64,000 nucleotides of DNA, taken from Candidatus Latescibacterota bacterium. GTDB lineage: Bacteria > Latescibacterota > UBA2968 > UBA8231. Under the pieces are notes generated by a model, which worked only from the letters and a program-made list of their open reading frames with translations, was not told where the DNA came from and searched no databases. Positions 36,388-45,621 of the stretch are shown one piece after another. How positions within the stretch are numbered: the first letter of the stretch is position 1; every line of letters begins with the position of its first letter. Location: assembly GCA_964291625.2 (NCBI GenBank), contig OZ220089.1, positions 2,784,001 through 2,848,000 on the forward strand. Reading direction: 5' to 3'. Both the position numbers and the translations under genes were made by a program.

Positions 36388-37773
36388 CTAGCGCCCCTCG
36401 GCCTTTTCCTCGAGGGCGTCCAGCTCCTGCAGCTTGTGGTTGCAGTAGTCGCGCTGGCGGCTGTCCTTGGAGGCCTCCCCGTACCACCTGCGGGCCGGTT
36501 CGATCTCGCCGAGATCGGCGTGGGCGTCGGCGAGGACGACCATGGCGGCGTAGAAGTCCTTGCGCTGGCGCATGGCCGCCCTGGCCGCCTGGATCGCCGG
36601 GCGGGACTGTCCGGTCCCGAAGTAGGCCTCGGCCAGCCGGAAGTGCGCCTCGGCGTTCTTCGCATCGACCTCGATCGCCTTCTTCAGCGCCGTCACCGCC
36701 GAGTCGTAGCGCTGCAGGTGGTTGAGGGTGGTGCCGAGCAGCACCAGGCCCTCGGCGTACTCCGGGTCGACGGCCACCGCCTTCTCCAGGGTCTTCACCG
36801 CGCCCTCCAGGTCCTGGGAGGCGAGGCGCACCCGCGCCAGTCCGGAGTAAGCCTGCACGATGGAGCCGTCCACGGCGATCGCCTTCTGGAACATCTCCGC
36901 CGCCTTGCGCGACTCGCCGCGCTGGCGGTGGATGCGTCCGAGGGAGACGTAGGGCCACGGGTAGTCGGGGTAGACGACGATCGCCTGCCGCAGGGCGGGA
37001 ACGGCCGCGTCGGGCTGGCGCAGGCTCAGGTGGCACTGGCCGATCGTGTAGTAGGTCTGGGCCCGGTGCCGGCGGTGCCGGATCCCGAGCTCCCGCGCCG
37101 TCTCCAACGAGTCGATCCAGGCCGGCCGCGCTTCGCCTTCGCGGAGGAGGCGCAGCGGGCCGGCGAAGGCCGCATCGAGGGAGTCGATCCAGGCGTCGCC
37201 CGGCCGGGTGCGGAGGGACAGCTCCAGATGGTGGATCGCCTCTCCGAAGCGCCGCTGCTGGCGGGAGACCAACCCGCCTCGGTAGTAGAAGTCGGCCAGA
37301 CCCACGGCATAGCTCTGGTAGCGGGAGGCCCTCAGCGAGTCGATCCAGCTCCGGTGGTGCATTCCGCCCATCATGCCCCGGTAGTTCGAGAGAGGATTGA
37401 AGGCCTGGGGCTGCAGCGCCTTGCGCAGCGAGTCCACGTACGAGCGGGCGGCCCGGTCCGGCGGCTTCTGCAAGCCGTGGCGCAGGGCCGCCTGCAAGGC
37501 GTCGGCCGCCTTGATGTAGTTGCCGAGGAACCCGTGGGCCCGGCTCAGGGCGTAGAGCGCCACGTCGTACGTGGAGTCGATGGCCGCCGCCGCCTCCAGC
37601 TCGATGGTGGCGTTGCGGAAGTCCCTCTTCATCAGGAGGTTGTAGCCGGCGCGATAGCGCACGATCGCCTCGTCCGGCTGGGCGGAGGCCTCGGCCGCCC
37701 ACGTGAGGGCGGTGATCCCCAGGGCTCCGGCGAGGACACAGATCCGGGTACGGGTGAGTCTGCTCAAGGTCAT
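36388..37773 (-). CDS. Secreted tetratricopeptide-repeat protein with inserted W/Y-I/V-DSL loops
   Basis: Signal peptide ending AEASA; multiple TPR units; four DSL-containing segments between TPRs. Confidence 0.85.
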   Translation of the reverse strand: MTLSRLTRTRICVLAGALGITALTWAAEASAQPDEAIVRYRAGYNLLMKRDFRNATIELEAAAAIDSTYDVALYALSRAHGFLGNYIKAADALQAALRHGLQKPPDRAARSYVDSLRKALQPQAFNPLSNYRGMMGGMHHRSWIDSLRASRYQSYAVGLADFYYRGGLVSRQQRRFGEAIHHLELSLRTRPGDAWIDSLDAAFAGPLRLLREGEARPAWIDSLETARELGIRHRRHRAQTYYTIGQCHLSLRQPDAAVPALRQAIVVYPDYPWPYVSLGRIHRQRGESRKAAEMFQKAIAVDGSIVQAYSGLARVRLASQDLEGAVKTLEKAVAVDPEYAEGLVLLGTTLNHLQRYDSAVTALKKAIEVDAKNAEAHFRLAEAYFGTGQSRPAIQAARAAMRQRKDFYAAMVVLADAHADLGEIEPARRWYGEASKDSRQRDYCNHKLQELDALEEKAEGR

Positions 37774-37795
37774 TTCGGGCGGTTCCGTGCTCGGA

Positions 37796-37848
37796 AACCT
37801 AACCGGCGGCTCCGCCGGTTGTCAAAGCGCCGGAGGTCCCCGTACGTT
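37796..37848. promoter_or_regulatory. Back-to-back promoters sharing a -35 box, with a perfect 20-bp palindrome
   Basis: Minus strand TTGACA(37825-37820)-N18-TAGGTT; plus strand TTGTCA(37819)-N18-TACGTT(37843); AACCGGCGG-CT-CCGCCGGTT at 37801-37820. Confidence 0.6.
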
Positions 37849-37856
37849 CCCCGGGG

Positions 37857-38864
37857 ATGCCCTGGTACGAACTGGATCCCTCCTACTGGCTCTACTACGC
37901 CGCCGACTGGTGCCGCGACGAGCTTCCGGGCACGCGCACCGGCGCCGTGGGCATCGGCTTCTTCGAGCTCTGCGCCGAGCTGTGGCCCTGGGTGGTGGCC
38001 GGCGCCGCCCTCAGCGCCCTCGCCTCCCACTACCTGCCGCGCACCCGCCTCGGGGCGCTCCTCTCCCGCCACCGGGGCGGCTCCGTGGTCGGCGCCTCGG
38101 TCGTCGGCCTGGTCTCTCCCTTGTGCACCTTCGCGGCCATCCCCGTGGTTTCGCGGGTCATGGGGGCCGGGGTCCCGGCGGCCCCCCTCATGGCCTTCCT
38201 CTTCGCCTCGCCCCTGATGAACCCCGCCCTCTTCGTCTACACCCTCGGCGCCCTCGGCCTCGAGATGGCCGTGGCCCGCACCGTCACCGCCCTAGCCATC
38301 GGCCTGACCGCCGGCTTCGGCACCGCGGCCCTGCAGGCCCGGGGGTGGCTCGCCGATCTCGGCACCGCCCCCTTCGCCGTGGCCGGCGGCTCCGGCCCGG
38401 CCGCCGCCGCCGCGCCCGCGCCCGCCCTCTGGCGGCGCTTCGCCCGGGACCTCTCCTTCATCACCCGGTGGTTCGCCCTCGGCATCTTCCTGGCCGCCCT
38501 CGTGTCGACCTTCCTCACCCCGGAGATGATCCGCGCCGTCCTCGGCGCCGGGAACCGCTGGTCGGTGCCGGCCGCCGTGGCCCTCGGCGTTCCGCTCTAC
38601 GCCTGCGGCGGCGCCGCCATCCCCATCGTCGAGACCATGGTGCGCATGGGCATGTCCCCCGGGGCGGCCCTCGCCTTCTTCATCGCCGGCCCGGCGACCA
38701 AGCTCCACACCGTGGGCACCCTCGGCGCCGTCTTCGGGCGCCGCGTCCTCGCCTGGTACCTGCTGGTCATGATCCTGGGCGCCCTCCTCTTCGGCTCGAT
38801 CTACCCATTCGACGCGCCGCTGAAGACGCCTCCCTACGGCGAGCTGCCGCCGGCGCGGTTCTGA
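37857..38864 (+). CDS. Predicted permease, UPF0718/ArsP-like family
   Basis: SPLCTFAAIP, AFLFASPLMNP, GVPLYACGGAAIP, AFFIAGPAT. Confidence 0.85.
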   Translation: MPWYELDPSYWLYYAADWCRDELPGTRTGAVGIGFFELCAELWPWVVAGAALSALASHYLPRTRLGALLSRHRGGSVVGASVVGLVSPLCTFAAIPVVSRVMGAGVPAAPLMAFLFASPLMNPALFVYTLGALGLEMAVARTVTALAIGLTAGFGTAALQARGWLADLGTAPFAVAGGSGPAAAAAPAPALWRRFARDLSFITRWFALGIFLAALVSTFLTPEMIRAVLGAGNRWSVPAAVALGVPLYACGGAAIPIVETMVRMGMSPGAALAFFIAGPATKLHTVGTLGAVFGRRVLAWYLLVMILGALLFGSIYPFDAPLKTPPYGELPPARF

Positions 38865-41800
38865 GCCGCCGCCGCCGCGGCCGGCCGGCCGCGGCCCTCC
38901 TGTGGCTGGCGGCGTCCGCGGCCTCGGCGCCGCCGCCGGCCGACGCCTTCCCCTACACCCTGGAGTGGAACCGCCTGGCGGGGAATCCGCCGCCGCAGGC
39001 GGTGGTCGAGGCCGGGGGTCTGGCCATCTTCGCCGAAGCCGGCGGCGCCATCACCGCGGTGCGCCGCCAGGGCGGCCTGCGCCGGTGGCGGACCCGTCCC
39101 GGGGGCCCCGTGGGGCCGGCCCTGGCCGCCTCCGGCCAGCGGCTGCTCTTCGCCGACCGCCGCGGGCTCGCCGGGGCCCTGGGCCTGGAGACGGGCGAGC
39201 CCCTGTGGACGTTGCGGCTTCGCGGCCGGGGGCCCTGCCGTCTCGCGGTACAGGACGGGCTGGCCGTGGTCCACTGCGGGGACGGGGTGGTCCACGCCCT
39301 CGACGCCGCCACCGGGCAGGAGCGCTGGCGCCTGCGCACCGGCCTGCGGCCGCTCTCCGACCCGGTTCTGGCGGAGGGGAAGCTGCTCGTCCCCGCGGCC
39401 GGCCGCCTGCTGGCCGTGGACCCGCGCACCGGCCGCCGCCTGGCCTCGCGGCCGGTGGAGGGGATCCGCCTCCTCGCCGCCGGACCCGCGGCCGTCTTCG
39501 TCTCCGGCGGCGGCACGGTGCGCGCCTTCGACGGCGGTCTCCGGCCCCTGTGGACGCGCTGGCTCGGCACCGCTCTGGCCGCGGCGCCGGTGCTGCTGGG
39601 CGGTCAGCTCTGGTGCGCGGGGGAGAACGGTTTCCTCTATGCCCTCGACCCGCGGCGAGGCGGCATCCGCTGGTCCCTGGACCTGCAGGGGGAGCCGACG
39701 GGAGGACCCGCGCCCACCGCCTCGGGCGCCGTCGTGGCCACCGCCGAGGGGGAGCTGGTCGGCGTCGAGTCCGGCGGGCGCGTGCTGTGGCGGCAGCGGC
39801 TCTCCGCCGGACCTGCCGTGGTCGCCGCCGGCCGGGACCGCCTCTACGCCGCCGGCGCCGGCCGCCTCCACGCCTTCGCCCCGGCGCCGATGCGGGGGGC
39901 CCCGGGCGACACCCTCTGGTGGGAGGCCCGCGCCGGCGGCCGCAAGACCGGCTACGGCTGGCGGCTCTGGCGCGAGCAGGGAGACTCCCTGCGGCTCTCG
40001 GAGTACGCCGTCGGCTGGCGCCACGGCTTCGTCGAGCTGCGCGGCGAGAGCGTCCTCGATGCCGCGGACCTGACCGTGCGCCAGGTGAGCCGCACGCGCA
40101 CCGACGCCAGCCAGGAGCTGCGCACCGCGGTCACCGCCTCGGCGGCCGGTCTGCTCGTCGAGCGCCGCCTCGGCCCCGGGTCGGAACGCTGGACGGTCCC
40201 GGACCCCGGCGGCGTCACCCTGGCCGCCGCCGTCCCCCGCCTGCTGGCCCGCCGGCCCCTGCGCCCCGGCCGGAGGGACACGATGCTGGTCCTGGACCCC
40301 GACAGCGGCGTCCTGCGCCCCGCGTTCACCCGCGCCGGCACCACCGCCGCTGGCGAGACCCCGGTGACCCTGCGCTTCGGCCCGGCGGTCTCGCCGCCGC
40401 CGCCCGCGGCCGGGGACCTGCCCCCGGACCTGCTGCCGGAGCTGGAGGTCCGGCTGTGGCTGGACCAGGCCGGCCGCGAGGTCCGCGCCCGGGCGCCGGC
40501 CCTGGGCACGGAGGAGCGCCGCGTCGACGCCGGGCAGGCCCTGGGTTGGAGCCGGCCCGAGCCGCGGGAGCCCCTGCGCCTCGACCGCGAGACGCCGCGG
40601 CCGGGGCGGCTCGACAGCCTCCGCATCGGCCTGCCCGCCGCCCTGGGGGACCCGCGGCGGCTCTTCGTCCTCGACGGGCGGCAGGGCCTCTCGGCGGACC
40701 CGGCGGGCCCGGTCCTGACCGTGCGCCGGGAGACCCTGCCCGCAGAGGCGCTCACCGTCTCCGAGGTCGCCTCCCGGCCGGACCTCGCCCCGTACCGCGC
40801 CCCCTCCCTCTACATCCAGTCCGGGGCGCCGGCGATCCGCGATTTGGCCGCCCGGCTGGTGCCCGACCCCGGGGCGGACAGCCGCGACGCGGCCCGGGTC
40901 CTCCACGACTGGGTCCACGACCACATGGAGCCGGCCCCCACCGACGTGCGCTTCAAGACCTCCCTCGAAGTGCTGGAGGACCTGCGCGGGACCTGCTCGG
41001 AGTACACCGTCCTCTTCGCGGCGCTGAGCCGCGCCGCCGGCATCCCCGCCCGCGTCAGCGTCGGCTTCGCCCTCTCGGCCGCGGGCGAGCTGGTGCTCCA
41101 CATCTGGCCGCAGGTCTTCCTCGGCCGCTGGGTCGAGGTCGATCCCTCGTGGAACGCCTTTCCCGTGGAGGCGGCCCACGTCAAGACCGGTCAGGGGCTG
41201 CTGCACCCCGCCCACCTGGAGCGGCTCAACCCGCCCCTGGAACTGATCTCCGCCGGCGCCGCCGAAGGGCTGCGGCTGGTCCGCTTCGACGCCGCCGGCC
41301 AGCCCCCCTGCCTCGCCGCGGCCGAGAGCCTGCACACGGCGGCGCTCGAGGCGGAACGCAACTTCGAGGACGCGGCCGCCCAGGCGGCGCGCTACCAGCT
41401 CGCCGCCCTGCCCCTCAACCGCCGCAGCGCCGCCGCCCTCACCGCCATCGCCGGCTTTCACCTCGACCGCGGCCGGCTCGAGGAGGCGGCCTGGGCCCTC
41501 GACCGCCTCCAGAGCCTCGACCCCGCCGCGGCCGACGCCGTCCTCTACCACCGGGCGCGGCTCCACCGGGAGGGCGGCGACCCGTCGCGGGAGCGCGGCC
41601 TGCTGGAGGAACTGGTGGAGCGCTTCCCGGAGTCGGACCTGGCCGACGACGCCCTCGCCCGCCTGGCGGCGCTGATCGCCGACGCCGAGGGCTGCCGCCG
41701 CGCCCGCCCCCTCTACCAGCGGCTGGTCGAGTCCTACTCAGGCTCCGGATGGGCGTCGGTGGCGGCCTCGGCCCTGCGCCGCTGCGCCGAGCGCGAGGCC

Positions 41801-41866
41801 CGGCTGCGGGACCCGCCCCCGGCGCCGGTGCTCGTGGACTCTGTTGGAGGGCAGCCTTATCGTTGA
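38861..41866 (+). CDS. Secreted PQQ-like beta-propeller + transglutaminase-like + TPR fusion protein
   Basis: ALDAATGQERW-type repeats; GTCSEY...HIW...VDPSW triad; C-terminal TPR (ERFPESDLADDAL); start inferred at the CTG overlapping the permease stop (uncertain). Confidence 0.75.
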   Translation: MSRRRRGRPAAALLWLAASAASAPPPADAFPYTLEWNRLAGNPPPQAVVEAGGLAIFAEAGGAITAVRRQGGLRRWRTRPGGPVGPALAASGQRLLFADRRGLAGALGLETGEPLWTLRLRGRGPCRLAVQDGLAVVHCGDGVVHALDAATGQERWRLRTGLRPLSDPVLAEGKLLVPAAGRLLAVDPRTGRRLASRPVEGIRLLAAGPAAVFVSGGGTVRAFDGGLRPLWTRWLGTALAAAPVLLGGQLWCAGENGFLYALDPRRGGIRWSLDLQGEPTGGPAPTASGAVVATAEGELVGVESGGRVLWRQRLSAGPAVVAAGRDRLYAAGAGRLHAFAPAPMRGAPGDTLWWEARAGGRKTGYGWRLWREQGDSLRLSEYAVGWRHGFVELRGESVLDAADLTVRQVSRTRTDASQELRTAVTASAAGLLVERRLGPGSERWTVPDPGGVTLAAAVPRLLARRPLRPGRRDTMLVLDPDSGVLRPAFTRAGTTAAGETPVTLRFGPAVSPPPPAAGDLPPDLLPELEVRLWLDQAGREVRARAPALGTEERRVDAGQALGWSRPEPREPLRLDRETPRPGRLDSLRIGLPAALGDPRRLFVLDGRQGLSADPAGPVLTVRRETLPAEALTVSEVASRPDLAPYRAPSLYIQSGAPAIRDLAARLVPDPGADSRDAARVLHDWVHDHMEPAPTDVRFKTSLEVLEDLRGTCSEYTVLFAALSRAAGIPARVSVGFALSAAGELVLHIWPQVFLGRWVEVDPSWNAFPVEAAHVKTGQGLLHPAHLERLNPPLELISAGAAEGLRLVRFDAAGQPPCLAAAESLHTAALEAERNFEDAAAQAARYQLAALPLNRRSAAALTAIAGFHLDRGRLEEAAWALDRLQSLDPAAADAVLYHRARLHREGGDPSRERGLLEELVERFPESDLADDALARLAALIADAEGCRRARPLYQRLVESYSGSGWASVAASALRRCAEREARLRDPPPAPVLVDSVGGQPYR

Positions 41867-41870
41867 ACAC

Positions 41871-42809
41871 ATGAACGCGAAAAGCCGATATGCCGCCCGG
41901 GCGGCGGGGGCCATCGGCCTCGCCGGCCTGGCCGCCCTCCTGGCCGCGGCCTGCGCCGAGCCCGACCCCGAGCCGCAGATCCAGCTCCTGCGCAGCCTGC
42001 AGTCCGAGGTCCGCGAGAAGGCGGCGGGCAAGCTCCTCCTCTACGGCGACCGCGTCGTGCCCCGCCTCATCCAGGAGACCGGCTCCTCGTACAAGCGGGT
42101 CCGCTTCGAGGTCGCCCGCCTCCTCGGCCGAATGCGCGACCCCCGGGCCACCGACGCCCTCATCCGCCTCCTCGACGACGACTCCTTCAACGTCGCCGCG
42201 TACGCCGCCTGGGGCCTGGGGGAGATGAAGGCGAAGAAGGCCCTGCCGTCGCTCCTGCGGTTCACCGAGACGCCCTCCAAGGCTCTTCGCAAGCCGGTGG
42301 TGCAGTCCCTCGGCCCCTGCTTCGACGACACCCTCCACGCCGCCCTCGGCGACTCCGTGCGCCGGGTGATCGAGCGCGCCTTCCACGACCCCGTCGCCGA
42401 CATCCGCATCGCCGCCCTCGGCAGCGCCCGCCACCTCGGGTACGAGGGCATGCTGGAGGGCTTGATCCGCCTGGCCGGAGACCGTGAGGCCAAGGTGCGC
42501 CACGTCGCCGTCCAGACCCTCGGCCAGGCCGCCATCGGCCGCGCCCCGCGCTCGCCCGGTCCGCTGGCCGGCGCCGACCGCGCCGCCGTCGAGGAGGCCC
42601 TCGTGCGGGCCCTGGGGGACTCCTACCAGAGCATCCGCACCAAGGCGGTCCGGGCCCTCGAGCAGATGGGCCCGCCGCCGTCGGCCGCCACTGGCCTGCG
42701 CCGCCTCGCCGAGAGCGGCACCGACGAGGACCGCCGCGAGGCCGGCCGCGCTCTCGACAACCTCGCCGCCGGAGCCGCGGCGCCTGCGGACGCGCAGGTC
42801 TCCGGATGA
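41871..42809 (+). CDS. HEAT/PBS-lyase repeat lipoprotein
   Basis: Lipobox LAAAC; repeats such as VRFEVARLLG, VAAYAAWGLG, IRTKAVRAL; TGGACT-N17-TATCGT 7 nt before ATG. Confidence 0.8.
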   Translation: MNAKSRYAARAAGAIGLAGLAALLAAACAEPDPEPQIQLLRSLQSEVREKAAGKLLLYGDRVVPRLIQETGSSYKRVRFEVARLLGRMRDPRATDALIRLLDDDSFNVAAYAAWGLGEMKAKKALPSLLRFTETPSKALRKPVVQSLGPCFDDTLHAALGDSVRRVIERAFHDPVADIRIAALGSARHLGYEGMLEGLIRLAGDREAKVRHVAVQTLGQAAIGRAPRSPGPLAGADRAAVEEALVRALGDSYQSIRTKAVRALEQMGPPPSAATGLRRLAESGTDEDRREAGRALDNLAAGAAAPADAQVSG

Positions 42810-43696
42810 CGGAGTCCGCCCCCGGTCTGCGCATCGGCTTTCCCTCCGGCAGCCTGCAGCAGGCGACGATCCGGCTCTTCGAGCGCGCCGGCTACCGCAT
42901 CGACCTGCCGTCCCGCTCCTACGAGCCCGAAGTCGACGATCCCGAGCTGTCGGGGCTGATGTTCCGCGCCCAGGAGATCGCCGACTACGTCGAGCGCGGC
43001 GTCGTCGACGTGGGCATCACCGGCCACGACCTGGTCATGGAGTGCGACGCCGACGTCCACGAGATCGGCGAGCTGCGCTACGGCAAGTCCTCCTCCCGGG
43101 CCCTGCGCTGGGTCATCGCCGTGCCGGAGGACTCCTCCATCCGCTCCCTGGAGGACCTGCGCGGCAAGCGCATCGCCACCGAGCTGCCGGGCGTCACCCG
43201 CCGCTTCCTCGCCGGCCGCGGCATCGACGCCGAGATCGACTTCTCCTGGGGCACGACCGAGGTCAAGGCCGGCATCCCGGGGGTGGCCGACGCCATCGTC
43301 GACATCACCGAGACCGGCTCCTCGCTGCGCGCCAACCGCCTGCGCGTCTTGGAGGTGATGCTGGAGACGACGACCCGCTTCATCGCCAACCACGCCGCCT
43401 GGAGCGACGGCTGGAAGCGGCGCAAGGCCGAGAACCTCTTCACCCTCCTCGTCGGCGCCCTGGAGGCCGAGTCCAAGGTGGGCCTCAAGATGAACGTCCC
43501 CCGGGACCGCCTCGACGAGGTCATGCAGAACCTGCCCGCCCTGCACGCGCCCACCGTCTCCAGCCAGGCCGACGACGCCTGGGTGGCGGTGGAGATCATC
43601 GCCGCCGAGACCGTCGTCCGCGACCTGATCCCGCGGCTCAAGCGCTGCGGCGCCGAGGGCATCATCGAGTACCCCCTCAGCAAGGTCGTCTACTAG
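42806..43696 (+). CDS. hisG: ATP phosphoribosyltransferase, long form
   Basis: PSGSL, RAQEIADYV, DVGITG, IVDITETGSSLRAN, C-terminal regulatory domain. Confidence 0.95.
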   Translation: MTESAPGLRIGFPSGSLQQATIRLFERAGYRIDLPSRSYEPEVDDPELSGLMFRAQEIADYVERGVVDVGITGHDLVMECDADVHEIGELRYGKSSSRALRWVIAVPEDSSIRSLEDLRGKRIATELPGVTRRFLAGRGIDAEIDFSWGTTEVKAGIPGVADAIVDITETGSSLRANRLRVLEVMLETTTRFIANHAAWSDGWKRRKAENLFTLLVGALEAESKVGLKMNVPRDRLDEVMQNLPALHAPTVSSQADDAWVAVEIIAAETVVRDLIPRLKRCGAEGIIEYPLSKVVY

Positions 43697-43708
43697 GGGC
43701 CGCGGACC

Positions 43709-45031
43709 ATGCTCGACCTCGTCCACTACACCTCCGGCGGCCCCCTGGAGGGCCGCCTCGCCGAGGTCCTCGGCCGGCGCGGCGCCATCCCCGCCGCCAT
43801 CGAAGAGACCGCCGCCGCCATCGTCGCCGCCGTGCGCGACCGCGGCGACGAGGCGGTGGCCGAGTACACCGTCCGCTTCGACGGCGTCCGCCTCACGCCG
43901 GGCCGCTTCCGCGTGCCCCAGAAGGCCCTGCAGGACGCCCTGAACTCCGCCGATCCCGCCCTCATGGGCGCCATCGAGCGCGCCGCCGCCAACATCCGCT
44001 CCTACCACGAGGCCCAGAAGGCCGACACCTGGTTCCGCGACGACGGCGACGGCGTCGTCCTCGGCCGGCGCATCACGCCCCTGCGCCGCGTCGGCATCTG
44101 CGTCCCCGGCGGCGAGGCGCCCCTCATCTCCAGCCTCCTCATGGCCGCCGTCCCCGCCCGGGTCGCCGGCGTCGACGAGATCTGCGTCGTCACCCCGCCC
44201 CGCCCCTCCGGCCTGCCCCACCCCGGACTGCTGGCCGCCGCCGGCTTCCTCGGCCTCGACGAGGTCTACGCCATCGGCGGCGCCCAGGCGGTGGCCGCCC
44301 TGGCCCACGGCACCGGCACCGTCCCCGCCGTCGACAAGATCGTCGGCCCCGGCGGCCCCTACACGGTCGCCGCCAAGCGCCAGGTCTACGGCCTCGTCGG
44401 CATCGAGATGGTCCCCGGCCCGTCGGAGATCGCCGTGCTGGCCGACGACACCGCATCTCCCGCCTTCATCGCCGCCGACCTGCTCTCCCAGGCCGAGCAC
44501 GGGTCCGGCTTCGAGGCCGTCGTCTGCATCACCACCAGCCGGGAGCTGGCCCGGGCCGTCCAGGGCGAGGTCGAACGCCAGATGGCTGACCTGCCCCGCG
44601 CCGAGGCCGCCGCCCGCGCCCTCTCCCGCTACGGCGTCGCCGTCACCGTTCCCGACCTCGAGACCGGCGTCGAGCTGGTGAACCGCCTCGCCCCCGAGCA
44701 CCTGGAGCTTCTCGTCGCCGAGCCCTGGGAGTGGCTCGAGCGCGTCCGCAACGCCGGCGCCGTCTTCCTCGGCGAGGCATCCACCGAGCCGGTGGGCGAC
44801 TACTACGCCGGCACCAACCACGTCCTGCCCACCAACGGCGCCGCCCGGTTCTCCTCCTCCCTCGGCCTCGCCGACTTCGTCAAGGCCACCAGCGTCGTCG
44901 CCTACACGCCCCGGCGCCTGCGCGCCGCCGCCGCCGACATCACCCGCCTGGCGCGCGCCGAAGGCCTGGAGGCCCACGCCCGCGCCGTCGAGGTCCGGCT
45001 CGGAGCGTGGGGCGAGGAGGGCTCGCCGTGA
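43709..45031 (+). CDS. hisD: Histidinol dehydrogenase
   Basis: IGGAQA, KIVGPG, GPSE, DLLSQAEH, APEHLE, GDYYAGTNHVLPT. Confidence 0.95.
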   Translation: MLDLVHYTSGGPLEGRLAEVLGRRGAIPAAIEETAAAIVAAVRDRGDEAVAEYTVRFDGVRLTPGRFRVPQKALQDALNSADPALMGAIERAAANIRSYHEAQKADTWFRDDGDGVVLGRRITPLRRVGICVPGGEAPLISSLLMAAVPARVAGVDEICVVTPPRPSGLPHPGLLAAAGFLGLDEVYAIGGAQAVAALAHGTGTVPAVDKIVGPGGPYTVAAKRQVYGLVGIEMVPGPSEIAVLADDTASPAFIAADLLSQAEHGSGFEAVVCITTSRELARAVQGEVERQMADLPRAEAAARALSRYGVAVTVPDLETGVELVNRLAPEHLELLVAEPWEWLERVRNAGAVFLGEASTEPVGDYYAGTNHVLPTNGAARFSSSLGLADFVKATSVVAYTPRRLRAAAADITRLARAEGLEAHARAVEVRLGAWGEEGSP

Positions 45032-45621
45032 GCGGCGCCCGCAGCGCCCGCGTCGAGCGCCGCACCTCCGAGACCGAGATCGACCTCACCCTCGTCCTCG
45101 ACGGCTCCGGACGCTGCGAGGCCAGCACCGGCGTCGGCTTCTTCGACCACATGCTCCACGCCTTCACCCGCCACGGCCTCTTCGACCTCACCCTCACCTG
45201 CCGCGGCGATCTCGACGTCGACGCCCACCACAGCGTCGAGGACGTGGGCATCTGCCTGGGGCAGGCCCTGGGCGAGGCCCTCGGCGACAAGGCCGGCATC
45301 CAGCGCTTCGGCCACGCCTACGTCCCCATGGACGACGCTCTCGCCCGGGCCGTGGTCGACCTCTCCGGGCGCTCCTACCTGGCCGTCAACGCCGCCTTCC
45401 GCGACGGCTCGGTGGGCGGTCTGCCCGTGGCCCTCGTCCCCGAGTTCCTGCGCGCCTTCGTCGACCACGGGCGCCTGAACCTGCACGTCGACCTGCTCCG
45501 CGGCGCCGACGACCACCACGGCATCGAGGCGATCTTCAAGGCCCTGGGCCGCGCCCTCGACATGGCCGCCCTGCGCTCCGACCGCGTCTCCGGCGTGCCC
45601 TCCACCAAGGGCACCCTGTAG
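45028..45621 (+). CDS. hisB: Imidazoleglycerol-phosphate dehydratase
   Basis: RTSET, FFDHML, DAHHSVED, PMDD, DDHHGIEAIFKA, PSTKGTL. Confidence 0.95.
   Translation: MSGARSARVERRTSETEIDLTLVLDGSGRCEASTGVGFFDHMLHAFTRHGLFDLTLTCRGDLDVDAHHSVEDVGICLGQALGEALGDKAGIQRFGHAYVPMDDALARAVVDLSGRSYLAVNAAFRDGSVGGLPVALVPEFLRAFVDHGRLNLHVDLLRGADDHHGIEAIFKALGRALDMAALRSDRVSGVPSTKGTL

Noticed and set aside
37703-38860. N-terminal 386-aa extension of the PQQ/transglutaminase ORF
   Set aside because: Overlaps the permease in another frame and translates to Arg/Pro-rich shadow sequence
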